Shown: positions 1-12,359 of the stretch, one piece after another
Position numbering within the stretch: position 1 is the stretch's first letter
Layout: each line of letters opens with the position of its first letter
From: Octopus bimaculoides
Lineage: Eukaryota
DNA: 33,238 nucleotides
Reading direction: 5' to 3'
NCBI RefSeq assembly: GCF_001194135.2
Contig: NC_068981.1
Span: 167,433,370-167,466,607 of the forward strand
The notes under the pieces: model-generated
Seen by the model: only the letters and a program-made list of their open reading frames with translations
What the model was told of the DNA's origin: nothing
Database searches by the model: none
Position numbers and translations under genes: made by a program

Positions 1-170
1 ATATATATATGTATATATATATATATACACACACACAGACATGTGTGTGTGTGTGTGTGTATGTATATATGCATATCTATATATGAACGAGTGAATAACA
101 CGTCTGAATTGTAGATGCATATACGTGTCTCCTCCGTCTTTCTCACTCTGTATATGTGGGTGTATGCGTG

Positions 171-207
<37 letters not shown>

Positions 208-1639
208 ATAAGTGAGTGTGTGTACGTACATGTATATGCGTGTGGGTGTGTACATGTATATGCACGTGTGTGTATGTAAACTGTGTTGTGTTTGGGTAGT
301 GTCTACGCTCTACTCCCGCCAATAACATTGCTACTAGCAAGCACTACCACTACCGTATAATATAACACAACAAACAACGACGTTCGCTACCTCCAACATT
401 ACCACTAGCCCTTTTAAATTGAACATCACCGCCGACACCGTTACTAGAACTACTACAAGAGCTGCCACCACCTCCACCACCACCACCACCTCCACCACAA
501 CAACAACAACAATAATAATAATAATAATAATCAAATAGTAACAATTATATATTGAGACAGCGCTAAAAGTAACACAACACAGTTAACTAATGATTAGCCG
601 AACTTGAATCTTATTTACAAACAAAACCGTTTCCATTCAAGCATGGACGTTATGCATAGCCTGCTTCAACAGGACCTCTGTGTGCTATATATATAAATTG
701 ATGAAATCTAACAGGCACGAATGCACGAGTGTACGCATGTATGCACATAAGCACACATACCTATATTCCATCACGGACTTATTCTTAAGTTTTTCCTATA
801 CTGTATCTTAGAGTGTCCACGGAAACATAAGCCAAATATATATGCAATCACACATATACATATACGCAAAGACATACACGTGTTCAAACCTACACATACA
901 AATACGCACATATGCACGCACACACAGACATACGTATGCAATACACGGCTTTTAACAAACAGACGGAGAAACAGATAATTTTACTGCACTAAATACTAAA
1001 AGTTTACACATACAAACACACACACGCGCTCACACATTTGCACATGCACACACACACACGTTTGTACAAACACACCCGTACACTTACGCACACATAGCTA
1101 TGCAACCGTCCACGCAAACATAGGTCACACACAACACATACACCTACGTACACGTCCACACACAGAGAAAAATGTCTACATTAAAAACAAGCATTTATCT
1201 TCTCCCCTCTTTCGCTCCGGCTTAATTTTCTCTTGTCCGTCTGATTGAAAAGTAATGTGGAAGTAACGAAAAGAAACAAATAGTAATCATAACTATAATA
1301 ATAACAATAACAATAATAATAATAATAAACGAAGACAGCAAAATGAACAGCTGGCAATGACTGCATCGTAAGTACAAACATTTAACACTCTAACTCCATA
1401 ACGCGCGCGAGTCTGAATGCGCGTGTGCATGTGTCTGTGCGTGCGTGAGTGTAATTTTTCTTTTCTTTCTATCTTTCTTTTTGTGTTTCTTTTCTTCTCT
1501 TCCCTTCTCTCATTGTTTTTCATTTGTAAATATTGTTTGACGCAGACGATCATATCTCGTTCTTTTCTTTTTTCTTTTTTCCTTATATTCTTTTCGTCAG
1601 TTAAATCCGCGTGGAATGTTTATATCGTTTAATGGATAT

Positions 1640-4110
1640 ACACGGGCGGTTGGATAGCAACATACGATGTTTCTCGCGTCCCTTTAAAGTTCCGAGTTCA
1701 AACCTAGCTTGGGTTCTGCGGTACCTTTTAACATTCCGGAGTTCGATACATACAAATACCAGTAAAAGACCGTGGTCGAGTTAATTCCATGGTTTTCTCC
1801 CCTATAATTTGTAGCTGTGTGCCAATATTATACACAAATCAATATTAATAATAGCTAGCAAGGAAGGGCAGTTAAATAGTAGAATAAAAGGACAACATGC
1901 AAAATATCTTGCAGTATTAATTTACATCCCCTTACGTTCCGTGTTCAAATCTCAGCCGTAGCAGACTTTAGATATCATCTTGGTGCATTCGGCAAAATAA
2001 TTCCCAGTTATATATTGCGGTTTGATTTAATCGGTAACAACCATTCTTCATAATTTGTGGCATTGTGACCAATATAAAGAAGTTAATATCTATGGTCGTT
2101 ACTGATGTTAGTCTTTAACGCTCGGGTTAACTCCGAACGAGCAGACCTAAGATTAAAAGCATTCCAGCCGTGAGCATAGCGTCTTCTTTTTTTTCTTTTT
2201 TTCTTTTTCAGGCATAGCTTATTCAGGACTACCTCATGTAATGTGTTTTTCGCAAACCCCTTAAAAACGGTAGAGATGCATCTTGGAGAAGATTTAACTG
2301 CTACTTCTAGCATGTCGAGTGCTCGCACAGAGGCTTTCTCTTTCTCTCTCTTTCTCTCGCTCTTTCTCTCACTCTTGATATCAATAGATAACAGTGAAAG
2401 GTGATGATTGGATAACAAATCGGTAGAGCGACTGACATAGTATCTTGCGGAATTTATTACAACAATTTACGTTTCGAGTTCAAATACCGTTACAGGCTAC
2501 TGAGGTGGCAGTATGAATAAAGCACCTTAAAAAAGTATTTAGTTTCCAACTTCTTCCTGAGTTTTGTACTTGACTGGTGGTATTTTATTAATCGACCCCG
2601 GAAGTACTAGAAGCAAAACTAACCTTTAATAATAATTCTTTCCATTTTATTTGCCAACAGGGCCCATTCATTCATACAATGACATGTAAACAAACGGGTT
2701 AGAAATATGTGACGATAAGTTATCTATAAAAACAAAGTGGTGCCGATGAAGAAATTGTGCAATGTATTAAGACGTTAGCTTTTTTAATGATACAAATAAT
2801 TACAATTAAATGATTGTTAATAATAAAGAGACTGTTTTTTTTTTTTTTTTTTTGATAAACCAGTAGTCAAGTACTTGGGTCAATCTGATTGACTACAATC
2901 GCTCAGTTTTATGTTTTTGATAGAAATCATCGTAGTTTATCATTGGTAGGGTGTCGGACAAAATGATCTGCGGTATTTGGTTACTTACGTCCCTTTATAT
3001 TCCGAGTTCAAGTCTTACCTGTGTCTTCTTGTGCCCTTCAACAATACGACTTGTGGAGGAATGTCGGCATAAGGAATACCAGTAATTTACCTGGGTCGAT
3101 TTAACTGAGTTTTCCTTCGCCCACAAGACGCGCGTCCGTATGCGTATTACGTTCGCAATAATTTCTTATTATAAGGTGCGGGCTTGGTAGAGTCGCTAGA
3201 GTGCAGGTTAAAAATGCTTTCTAGTTATTTGCTCTGGTCCTCTTCGATTTGCGTTCAAATCCTGTCGAGTTCAACTTTGTCTTTCATCATTCCAGTGGAT
3301 TTCCAGAACTTTCTAGCATAGAACATGCACTTGTCCATTTACATTCTTAGTTCAAATTCCAACGATGGGGCCACTATTGATTATACAATGGAGAGCTTGT
3401 AGGTGGAGCCACTACTCTGAGCTACGGTTTTTAACTTTGGCATAAGCATTCGCATAAGGGTGTCGTGGACTCAACAGAGGCAGGAAATATCAAAGAGCTG
3501 CTGTGAGGATTCTCGTGATTAGATGATGGGAATTTTTTTAGAAATAAAATATTTAAATCAGGTACAATACTTATATTCTAAACACATTTTCGAAAAAAAA
3601 TCTTAGTTAAACATTGTGTTGTCTGTGAGTAGAAACATGACTGATAATGAACCATGGTCCAATATAATTTCATTATTTGTATGCTTTCCCAGTACATTTG
3701 TTGAAAGTGCAAGAATGGCTCAAGCGAGCCCGCACTGAGCCCGCGCCTGTAGACAGAAGAGAACGGTTGGAAGAAAAGTGCCTGCCTATGGTGGGGTATT
3801 TCAGGATCTGTGGGGTTCCATTTTTGCCCCTAATTGTTACTCCCCCTATTGGAAATTTTGTTGTTATTGTCTTTTTATTGTTTACACGTATATAAATCCT
3901 TACCGAACTTTGTTTGTATCGTCCTAAATAGTTCGTTTTTATAATCTTCAAGGTTTTGGATTGGGCCTTGGAGAAAATTCTTTGTAGAACTTCCGGCTCT
4001 TAACATTCTGAATCAAAGTCTGCTGGAGTAAAGTTTGCCTTTCACCTTTTCAGAGTTGATAAAATAAAGAACCCGTCAAGTATTGGGGTCGATGGTATCA
4101 ACTTATCCAC
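1640..4110 (+). mobile_element. Cluster of old, highly degenerate tRNA-type SINE (family A) remnants; boundaries approximate
   Basis: Recurrent B-box-like GAGTTCAA/GTGTTCAA/CGTTCAA at ~1693, ~1942, ~2477, ~3005 and ~3252. Downstream family-A pieces also survive, e.g. 'tttgcctttcacc...gttgataaaataa...ggggtcgat' at ~4034-4091. Confidence 0.5.
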
Positions 4111-4416
4111 TCACCACTTAAAATTTATATCAAAACAATATTCTGAGAACGATTATAACTTTGCTTTTGCAAAACATGGGAAACAGTGATTGTAAAACGT
4201 CATTCGGTGGAAGGGTAGGGGTGAGAAATTGAAGTTAAAGGGGAATCAATCGTGACTGAAACTGTCGGATGATGTTAAGACATTTACTATTTTAGCAAAA
4301 ATGTTTTCGTTCTTGCTGGCGCAGATGTGGTAGTTGTAGTGCCGATTTTAGCGGTGTTATTGTTCTTCATTCCCTGGTCCAGCCACATGAATTCCAAAAG
4401 GATTTCAGCAATTTTA

Positions 4417-4815
4417 GGCACACGCATGGCCGTATGGCTAAAAAGCTCGTTTTGCAGCCACGTGGTTTCAGATGCACTCCTACATGGCACCTTGAGCAAG
4501 TATCTTTTACTCTAGCCCCAGGCTGATCAAAGCCCCGTGTGTGACTTTGGTTGACGGAAACTGTGAAAGTCTGTCATGTATATGTATATATGTGTGTGTC
4601 CCTGTGCTTGTAAGTGGATGTAACTGTCTGTACACAATACCGCTTGACAACCGGTGTTGGTTTGTTCACAACTCCGTAACTTAGTGGTTTGTCAAACGGA
4701 TTCAATAAAATAATACCAGAATTAAAAGCATTGGGGTCGATATATTTGAGTAATATACTCCAAAGTGATGCCTCAGCATGGCCGCAGTCTAAGTAAAAGA
4801 TAAAAGATAAAAGAT
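4417..4815 (+). mobile_element. tRNA-type SINE family B, degenerate full-length copy with internal (TA/TG)n
   Basis: Colinear with the 13160-13532 copy: head 'atggccgtatgg...ggcaccttgagcaagtatc', 'gacggaaactg', internal microsatellite, and 3' end 'cagcatggccgcagtc...aagtaaaaga'. Confidence 0.7.
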
Positions 4816-5335
4816 GACCAGACTATTTTTTTAAATGAGTATCAAGACTAACACCATAGTTTGCTTAAAGAGGCAGCAGCGGTGGGGCGTAGTTGGAGGA
4901 ATATTTGGTTACTATTTCATGTAGGTTCAGTAGTCACATAGACGCTCTCTCGTAGGATCGTCGTCGTCGTCGTCGTCGTTCGATTGTGTTGATTGCCGAC
5001 TGTCGTGTTTAGAAGCTGCTGCAGAAAGAAAATAGACAGAAAATGTTGTAATCGCAAAAGGAGAAATTCATGTGAAGTTTACATTGAAGCAGATGAGGTG
5101 AATTTTCGCACTCCTACTTTCAATAGCATTTATTCGCCACACCTATCAAGTGATATGTTTAGAGGAACCATCTAGGGTGTCTCTAGCATGATGTACAGCG
5201 GAGACGGAGACGTCTAAGGAGAGTCTACATTGGCGCTTAAGCTGCTGAAATAGCAGTCAAAACTTCCTCTAATCTTATACTACCATCTAAGACGATATGT
5301 TGATATTATATATAGTTCTAAGTTTAAACAACAAC

Positions 5336-5376
<41 letters not shown>

Positions 5377-5676
5377 ATGGATGGATATGTCTCGATCATA
5401 TTTTACTTGTCGAAGAATAACAACAGTAACAGCAGTAGGAAGAAAGGAGCGCAACGTATTACATGTACTGCTGTTTAGGTCTTCACGGTTAACACACAAC
5501 AGCATGCTGACACCAACACCACCACAGACTTTATGAAAAACATCGTTATCAAACACCATGCATATCAAATCGTACCGTTTCTCATATTCTCTTTTCCTAA
5601 TTGCCCTGAACCTCATACTTACACACACATGTGTATGTTGTGTGTGTTTGTGCATATATAAACACGTATACACACA

Positions 5677-5737
<61 letters not shown>

Positions 5738-5774
5738 GTCTGTCTATCTGTCTATCTATCTATCTATCTATCTT

Positions 5775-5975
5775 TTATATTTTACTTGTTTCAGTCAATA
5801 GACTGCGACCAAGTTGGGGCACCTCCTTCAAGAATTTTAGTCGAATGAATCAACCCTACAACTTATTTTTTAAAAATCTTTGTACTTATCCTATCGGTTT
5901 CTTTTGCCGGGCCGCTAGGTTGCGGGGACATAAACACACCAACATCGGTTGTCAAGCAGTGGTAAGAAACATACT
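5775..5975 (-). mobile_element. SINE family B, 3' half
   Basis: Reverse complement matches the 3' half of 13160-13532 (gcttgacaaccgatgttggtgtgtttatgtcccc...cgatagg ataagtac...cttgaaggaggtgcccc...gcagtctattgactgaaacaagtaaa). Confidence 0.7.
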
Positions 5976-6139
5976 GTTACACAAGAACGCACTCAAACAC
6001 ATACAACACACACACACACATATGCATATAAACAGACACACACAGACACACGCAGACATACACAGACGCTCGCGCGCACACACATGTATAGATGCTGACA
6101 CATATACACGTGTATGACAAGGGGCGAAAGTTGATCGGG

Positions 6140-6222
6140 TAATTTGAACTCAGAACGTTAAGACGGACGAAATGACGCTAAGCATTTTGCCCGACGTGCT
6201 AACCTTTCTGCCAATTCCCCGC
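6140..6222 (-). mobile_element. SINE family A, 5' half
   Basis: Reverse complement reads tggcagaaaggttagcacgtcgggcaaaatgcttagcgtcatttcgtccgtcttaacgttctgagttcaaatt, matching the heads at 8712 and 22712. Confidence 0.75.
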
Positions 6223-6244
6223 AATAATAATTATAATAATAATG

Positions 6245-6284
<40 letters not shown>

Positions 6285-6419
6285 TAATGATCCTTTCTAT
6301 TTTAGGCACAAGGCCTGACATTTTGGGGGAGGGGTAAGCCAATTACATCGACCCCAGTGATCAACAGGTACTTATTTTATCCACTCCGAAGGATGAAAGG
6401 CAAAGTCGACCTCGGCGGC

Positions 6420-6420
<1 letters not shown>
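6285..6420 (-). mobile_element. SINE family A, 3' half, cut at its 5' side by (AAT)n
   Basis: Reverse complement reads gccgccgaggtcgactttgcctttcatccttcggagtggataaaataagtacc...ctggggtcgatgtaat...tcaggccttgtgcctaaaatagaaaggat. Confidence 0.8.
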
Positions 6421-6461
<41 letters not shown>

Positions 6462-6463
6462 GT

Positions 6464-6518
<55 letters not shown>

Positions 6519-6599
6519 GTTATAATAATAATAATGATAATAATAATAATAATAATAATAATAATAGTTATAATAATAATAATGATAATAATAATAATA

Positions 6600-6721
6600 A
6601 AGACTTGGAAATAGAGGTAACTCGAATGTGGAATCTAAAAACAGAAACAATTCCTATCATAGTAGGTGCCTTAGGTATAATAAAAAAAATATTCAGACAA
6701 ATACATAACAAAAACACCAGG
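6600..6721 (+). mobile_element. R4/Dong-type non-LTR retrotransposon, RLE endonuclease fragment (5'-truncated, runs into an N-gap)
   Basis: Translates KDLEIEVTRMWNLKTETIPIIVGALGIIKK, then after a frameshift YSDKYITKTP. This fits the C-terminal RLE pattern K-Y-x-x-L-x-x-E-x-x-x-x-W...IP(I/V)(I/V)(I/V)GALG. It is preceded directly by (AAT)n. Confidence 0.8.
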
Positions 6722-6997
6722 NNNNNNNNNNNNNNNNNNNNNNNNNNNNNNNNNNNNNNNNNNNNNNNNNNNNNNNNNNNNNNNNNNNNNNNNNNNNNNN
6801 NNNNNNNNNNNNNNNNNNNNNNNNNNNNNNNNNNNNNNNNNNNNNNNNNNNNNNNNNNNNNNNNNNNNNNNNNNNNNNNNNNNNNNNNNNNNNNNNNNNN
6901 NNNNNNNNNNNNNNNNNNNNNNNNNNNNNNNNNNNNNNNNNNNNNNNNNNNNNNNNNNNNNNNNNNNNNNATATTAATAATAATAATAATAATTATA

Positions 6998-7038
<41 letters not shown>

Positions 7039-7092
7039 AATAATAATAATAATGATAATAATAATAATATTAATAATAATAATAATAATAAT

Positions 7093-7144
<52 letters not shown>

Positions 7145-7312
7145 TTAATAATGAAATTATTGTTTACAGTGAGGAGGTGTACTACCTTCGTCGGAAAAGA
7201 GTAAAAATAGGGACAGAAAGCAGGAATAAGTCAAGTAAAGAATGACAGCAGCGATCGCCAAAAGTGCATTTATCGCAAACACACACACACACAGTTACGC
7301 GCACGCATAGTG

Positions 7313-7344
<32 letters not shown>

Positions 7345-7427
7345 GACAATGATATGTTTTTATTAAGAGCCTGTCAATCGCACTGCCATCACCGACGGCA
7401 TCATCATCGCCATCAACATTGATCTGT

Positions 7428-7570
7428 CACTTTATGTTCTCTGAGTTAATTTCCCGCCGGAAACAACTTTTGTTCTTTCGCTCTTACATGGTCGATACAG
7501 AAAGTGTTAGACAAATTCCGTTAACGCGGACTCCTAGCCGAAAATATTTAACGTTGCTCCAGTGAAATCG

Positions 7571-7621
<51 letters not shown>

Positions 7622-8172
7622 GGAGTGGCTGTGTGGTAAGTAGCTTGCTTACCAGCCACTTGGTTCCGGGTTCAGTCCCACTGCGTGGCATCTTGGGCAA
7701 GTGTCTTCTACTATAGCCTCGGGCCGACCAAAGCCTTGTGAGTGGATTTGGTAGACGGAAACTGAAAGAAGCTCGTCGTATATATGTATATATATNNNNN
7801 NNNNNNNNNNNNNNNNNNNNNNNNNNNNNNNNNNNNNNNNNNNNNNNNNNNNNNNNNNNNNNNNNNNNNNNNNNNNNNNNNNNNNNNNNNNNNNNNNNNN
7901 NNNNNNNNNNNNNNNNNNNNNNNNNNNNNNNNNNNNNNNNNNNNNNNNNNNNNNNNNNNNNNNNNNNNNNNNNNNNNNNNNNNNNNNNNNNNNNNNNNNN
8001 NNNNNNNNNNNNNNNNNNNNNNNNNNNNNCACTTTATGTTCTCTGAGTTAATTTCCCGCCGGAAACAACTTTTGTTCTTTCGCTCTTACATGGTCGATAC
8101 AGAAAGTGTTAGACAAATTCCGTTAACGCGGACTCCTAGCCGAAAATATTTAACGTTGCTCCAGTGAAATCG

Positions 8173-8204
<32 letters not shown>

Positions 8205-8227
8205 GTCATCGTCATCATCATCATCAT
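7428..8227 (+). repeat. Direct duplication: 7428-7570 equals 8030-8172 (143 bp, identical by eye), each followed by (TCA)n, spanning an N-gap
   Basis: Both copies start cactttatgttctctgagttaatttcccgcc and end ctccagtgaaatcg. Offset is 602 bp; the gap 7796-8029 lies between them. Confidence 0.9.
7621..7790 (+). mobile_element. SINE family B, 5' part (young-looking copy)
   Basis: A-box-like TGGCTGTGTGG, B-box-like GGTTCAGTCCC, central 'tcttgggcaagtg' and 'gtggatttggtagacggaaactgaaagaag'. It ends in (TA)n at the gap. Confidence 0.85.
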
Positions 8228-8568
8228 TGTTGACGAAACTGAAACGGACCAACTCTGATAATGCAACAGTCAGCTGGGGTGGGGGGTGGGGGGTGTAAGA
8301 GAATGGGAAAGAATACTTTTGCCCTTCATGCATCAAAGGACATTTTTTTTGTGGGTCGTCCTAACATGCATCAACCTCATCGGTTGCCATCTGTGTTATT
8401 AAGCCTCCTCCCTATTGGAGATCATTTCTCGTCGATAATTTATTGTTATTTATTTATTTATTTTTTTAAAGATTCCACTTTCTTTTTATTCTATTTTAGC
8501 TCTACATTTTTTTTTGTGTATTTCATCAGTATTCACTCCGAAAATTGTGAACTTCGATGACCAATGCA

Positions 8569-8664
<96 letters not shown>

Positions 8665-8711
8665 AATAATAATAATAATATTAATAATAATAATAATAAT
8701 TATTATTATTA

Positions 8712-9525
8712 AAGCTGCGAGCTGGCAGAATCGTTACCGCACCGGGCAAAATGCATAGCGGCATTGCGTCCGTCACTACGTCCTGAGTTCAAATTCCACC
8801 GAGGTCGACTTTGCCTTTCATCCCTTCGGGGGTTGATAAATTAAGTACCAGGTGGGTACTGGGGTCGATGTAATCGACTAGTCTCCCTCCACGAAATTTC
8901 AGGCCTTGTGCCAACAACAGAAAGGATTATTAATGCTATTGTCACTAAGGCGGAAACAGGAAGAATCGTTACCGCACCGAGCAAAATGCTTAGCGGCATT
9001 TTGACTATCTGTACGTTCTGAGTGCAAATTCAACCGAAGTTGACTTTGCCTTTCGTCCTTTCGAGGTCGATAAAATAAGTACCGGTTGAGCACTGAGGTC
9101 AGTATAATCGTTTTACGCTCTTCCCTGGAGTCGTTGGCCTCGTGCCAAAATTTGAAATCATTATTATTATTACTATTAATCCGTCTTCTCGTTCTGAGTT
9201 CAAATTCCGCCGAGGTCGTCTTAGACTTTTATCCTCTCAGGGTCGATAAAATAAGTACCACTTGTATACTGGGGTCGATGTAGTCGACTATCTCCCTTCC
9301 ACAAATTTCAGGTCTTGTGCCTATAGCAGAAAGGATTATTATCATTAAGACGGCGAGCAGGCAGAATCGTTACCGCAAAGCGCTCGCGGCATTTCGTCCG
9401 TCTTTACGTTTTGAGTTCGAATTTCACCGACATTGACTTTGCCTTTCATCCTTTCGATGTAATCGACTTACCGTCTGCCTCGAAATTGCTGGTCTTGTGC
9501 CAAAATTTGAAATCATTCTTATTAT
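8712..9525 (+). mobile_element. Four head-to-tail SINE family A copies (~8712-8930, ~8948-9165, ~9180-9342 5'-truncated, ~9347-9520 internally deleted)
   Basis: All four share B-box-like gagttcaaattcc, gtcgactttgcctttcatcc and a ggccttgtgcc tail followed by a short (ATT)n. Confidence 0.9.
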
Positions 9526-9650
9526 AATTGATTTGTTCGCGCGCTCGTGTGTGTGCACAGTTTCATAACAGCGTTTGAGTAACCGAACCGCGAAGTGATA
9601 TTTTATTATAGACATCACATTCTCTGCGTGGAAATCACATCACTCAACTT

Positions 9651-9689
<39 letters not shown>

Positions 9690-9716
9690 CTGTGTGTGCG
9701 TGTGCGCAGGCATGTT

Positions 9717-9750
<34 letters not shown>

Positions 9751-9946
9751 AGTAAATATACCTAACCCTGTTTCTACTTTCCTATCTGGAAATGATGTTT
9801 AACATTCAACCAATCGCTACAAGGTCGATTTTCGATTTTGCTTTACTTATTTGATTTATGACTGACTTATACATTGATATGAAAGATTATCATGTCAAAA
9901 TCTCCCGGCCTTTGACATATATCTGCCCTGTGGAATTTTTGCGCGA

Positions 9947-10022
9947 GTGTATATGAATACATACATCCATGCATACATACACACACACATACATACATAT
10001 ATATCGATATCCATAATCGCTC

Positions 10023-10058
<36 letters not shown>

Positions 10059-10218
10059 CCTGTCCGTCTGTCTGTCGGTCTATCCGTCTGTCTGTTTGTC
10101 TGTCTGTCGGTCTATCCGTCTGTCTGTTTGTCTGTCTGTCTGCCTGTCTGTCTATCTATCTGTCTGTCTATGTATGTATGTATGTATGTCTCTCTCTGTC
10201 TCCCTCTCTTCCCCCCCC

Positions 10219-10272
<54 letters not shown>

Positions 10273-10283
10273 GNNNNNNNNNN

Positions 10284-10337
<54 letters not shown>

Positions 10338-10444
10338 GTCTGTCTGTCTGTCTGTCTGTCGTCTGTCTGTCTGTCGTCTGTCTCTCTGTCTGTCTATGTC
10401 TGTTTATCTATAGACACACATATTCACACACACACGCACGCATA

Positions 10445-10480
<36 letters not shown>

Positions 10481-11102
10481 CGAACACACACATATGCTTA
10501 CATCCCTACACACATGTTCACATTCGTATGTACTCATACATACAAATACGCATACACACACACAGAGCAGGACATTATATTACTGCCACATCATGTATGC
10601 TCCAAGAAAACCTCCAAACTTCAGGACATGCATACGGTACACATATACATATATATACACACATGCATACACACACACACGCATATATATACATATACAT
10701 ACATACACACAAATTTGCACATATATGTACACACACAGACATATATAAATATACATATATATATATATATATATANNNNNNNNNNNNNNNNNNNNNNNNN
10801 NNNNNNNNNNNNNNNNNNNNNNNNNNNNNNNNNNNNNNNNNNNNNNNNNNNNNNNNNNNNNNNNNNNNNNNNNNNNNNNNNNNNNNNNNNNNNNNNNNNN
10901 NNNNNNNNNNNNNNNNNNNNNNNNNNNNNNNNNNNNNNNNNNNNNNNNNNNNNNNNNNNNNNNNNNNNNNNNNNNNNNNNNNNNNNNNNNNNNNNNNNNN
11001 NNNNNNNNNNNNNNNNNNNNNNNNNNNNNNNNNNNNNNNNNNNNNNNNNNNNNNNNNNNNNNNNNNNNNNNNNNAGACACATACACACACATACACACAC
11101 AT

Positions 11103-11135
<33 letters not shown>
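9947..11135. repeat. Compound microsatellite block (TATC)n/(TGTC)n/(CT)n/(CA)n/(TA)n with two N-gaps (10274-10283, 10776-11074)
   Basis: Read directly from sequence. It explains the long spurious ORFs in this interval. Confidence 0.95.
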
Positions 11136-11281
11136 CGACAGGCATCTTTCAGTTTCCGTCTACCAAATCCACTCACAAGGTTTTGGTCGGCCCGAGGCTA
11201 CAGTAGAAGACACCTGCCGAAGGTATCACGCAGTGGGACTGAACCCACAACTATGTTTTTGGATAGCAAGCTTCTTACCAC
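11136..11281 (-). mobile_element. SINE family B, 5' part
   Basis: Reverse complement reads gtggtaagaagcttgctatcc...gggttcagtcccactgcgtgatacc...aaccttgtgagtggatttggtagacggaaactgaaagatgcctgtcg, matching 7621-7790. Confidence 0.85.
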
Positions 11282-12158
11282 GCACACACACACACACGCA
11301 CGCACACACACACACACACGCACACACATATGCACATAGATGCATACATACTCATATACGGCTGACGAGCTGTTGACGGCAAAACTTAGTAGTCACAGTG
11401 ACACCGTAATTCTGTCAAATAAATTATGCACACATAATTACAGACACATTTTTACATACGCCCTTTCACAGCTATACTTGTGTGAGTGCGTTAAACATTA
11501 GCCGTGCTCTAGGTAGCTGCTGGTTGTGACCTAACATTATTTATATAAGGTTATCCTCGTCGTCGCTGTTTAGTTCTCTCCTCTTCGTCAATGCATCTAT
11601 TGATGGAAGATCCTTCCAGCCTTGAAAATCCTTAAGGATTACTTCATCTTAAATGTACCTTATTTGCTTATTATATATATATTATATATATAAACAACGT
11701 TTGATTTAAGCTGTTATTTCTAGAAGGATTGTGGACTGTGTAGAGACACGTTCATAGGCTCTCTATATGAAGCTATCTTTATTATTACTTCTATTACCAG
11801 AGCTGAGCTGGAGCTGTGATTGCAATTAACCATCCACGGATATTAAACAAATGTAAAACAATCGATTCTCATACACTTGTCTGACTGTCTGTCTCTCTAA
11901 ATTGGTGTAATAATATGTGTATGTGCGTGTGTATGTGTGTGCGTGTGCGTCTGCGTGTGTTGTGTGTACATAAGTGTATGCATTTATCTGTGCGAGTACT
12001 TCATCCTCTCCATCACTCCACCATTTCACACACACATGTATGTGTGTGTATACATATATATGTATATATGTGCATGCAGATATATATATATGTATATATA
12101 TACAAAATACAAAATTATACGTAACTATATATAAATATATGTATATGCATAGATATAA

Positions 12159-12209
<51 letters not shown>

Positions 12210-12359
12210 NNNNNNNNNNNNNNNNNNNNNNNNNNNNNNNNNNNNNNNNNNNNNNNNNNNNNNNNNNNNNNNNNNNNNNNNNNNNNNNNNNNNNNNNNNN
12301 NNNNNNNNNNNNNNATATATATATGTATATATGTGCATGCAGATATATATATATGTAAA

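Noticed and set aside
2190-2330. Strong-looking splice acceptor (poly-T...cag at ~2211) and ORF 2083-2418
   Set aside because: The poly-T appears to be the tail of a short repeat (2120-2210, weakly similar to 15650-15715). The downstream frames give no recognisable protein.
3673-3951. Possible exon on either strand (HLLKVQEWLKRARTEPAPVDRRERLEEK on plus; pyrimidine-rich acceptor ...tctacag on minus at ~3748)
   Set aside because: GC-richer and somewhat protein-like, but there is no recognisable family, the donors are weak and the strand is ambiguous. It cannot be supported without RNA data.
9947-11376. Long ORFs (up to 419 aa) in the track
   Set aside because: They are translations of (TATC)n/(CA)n/(TA)n and N-gaps, with no stop codons only because of repeat composition. 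The same applies to 13948-14403 and 17420-18541.
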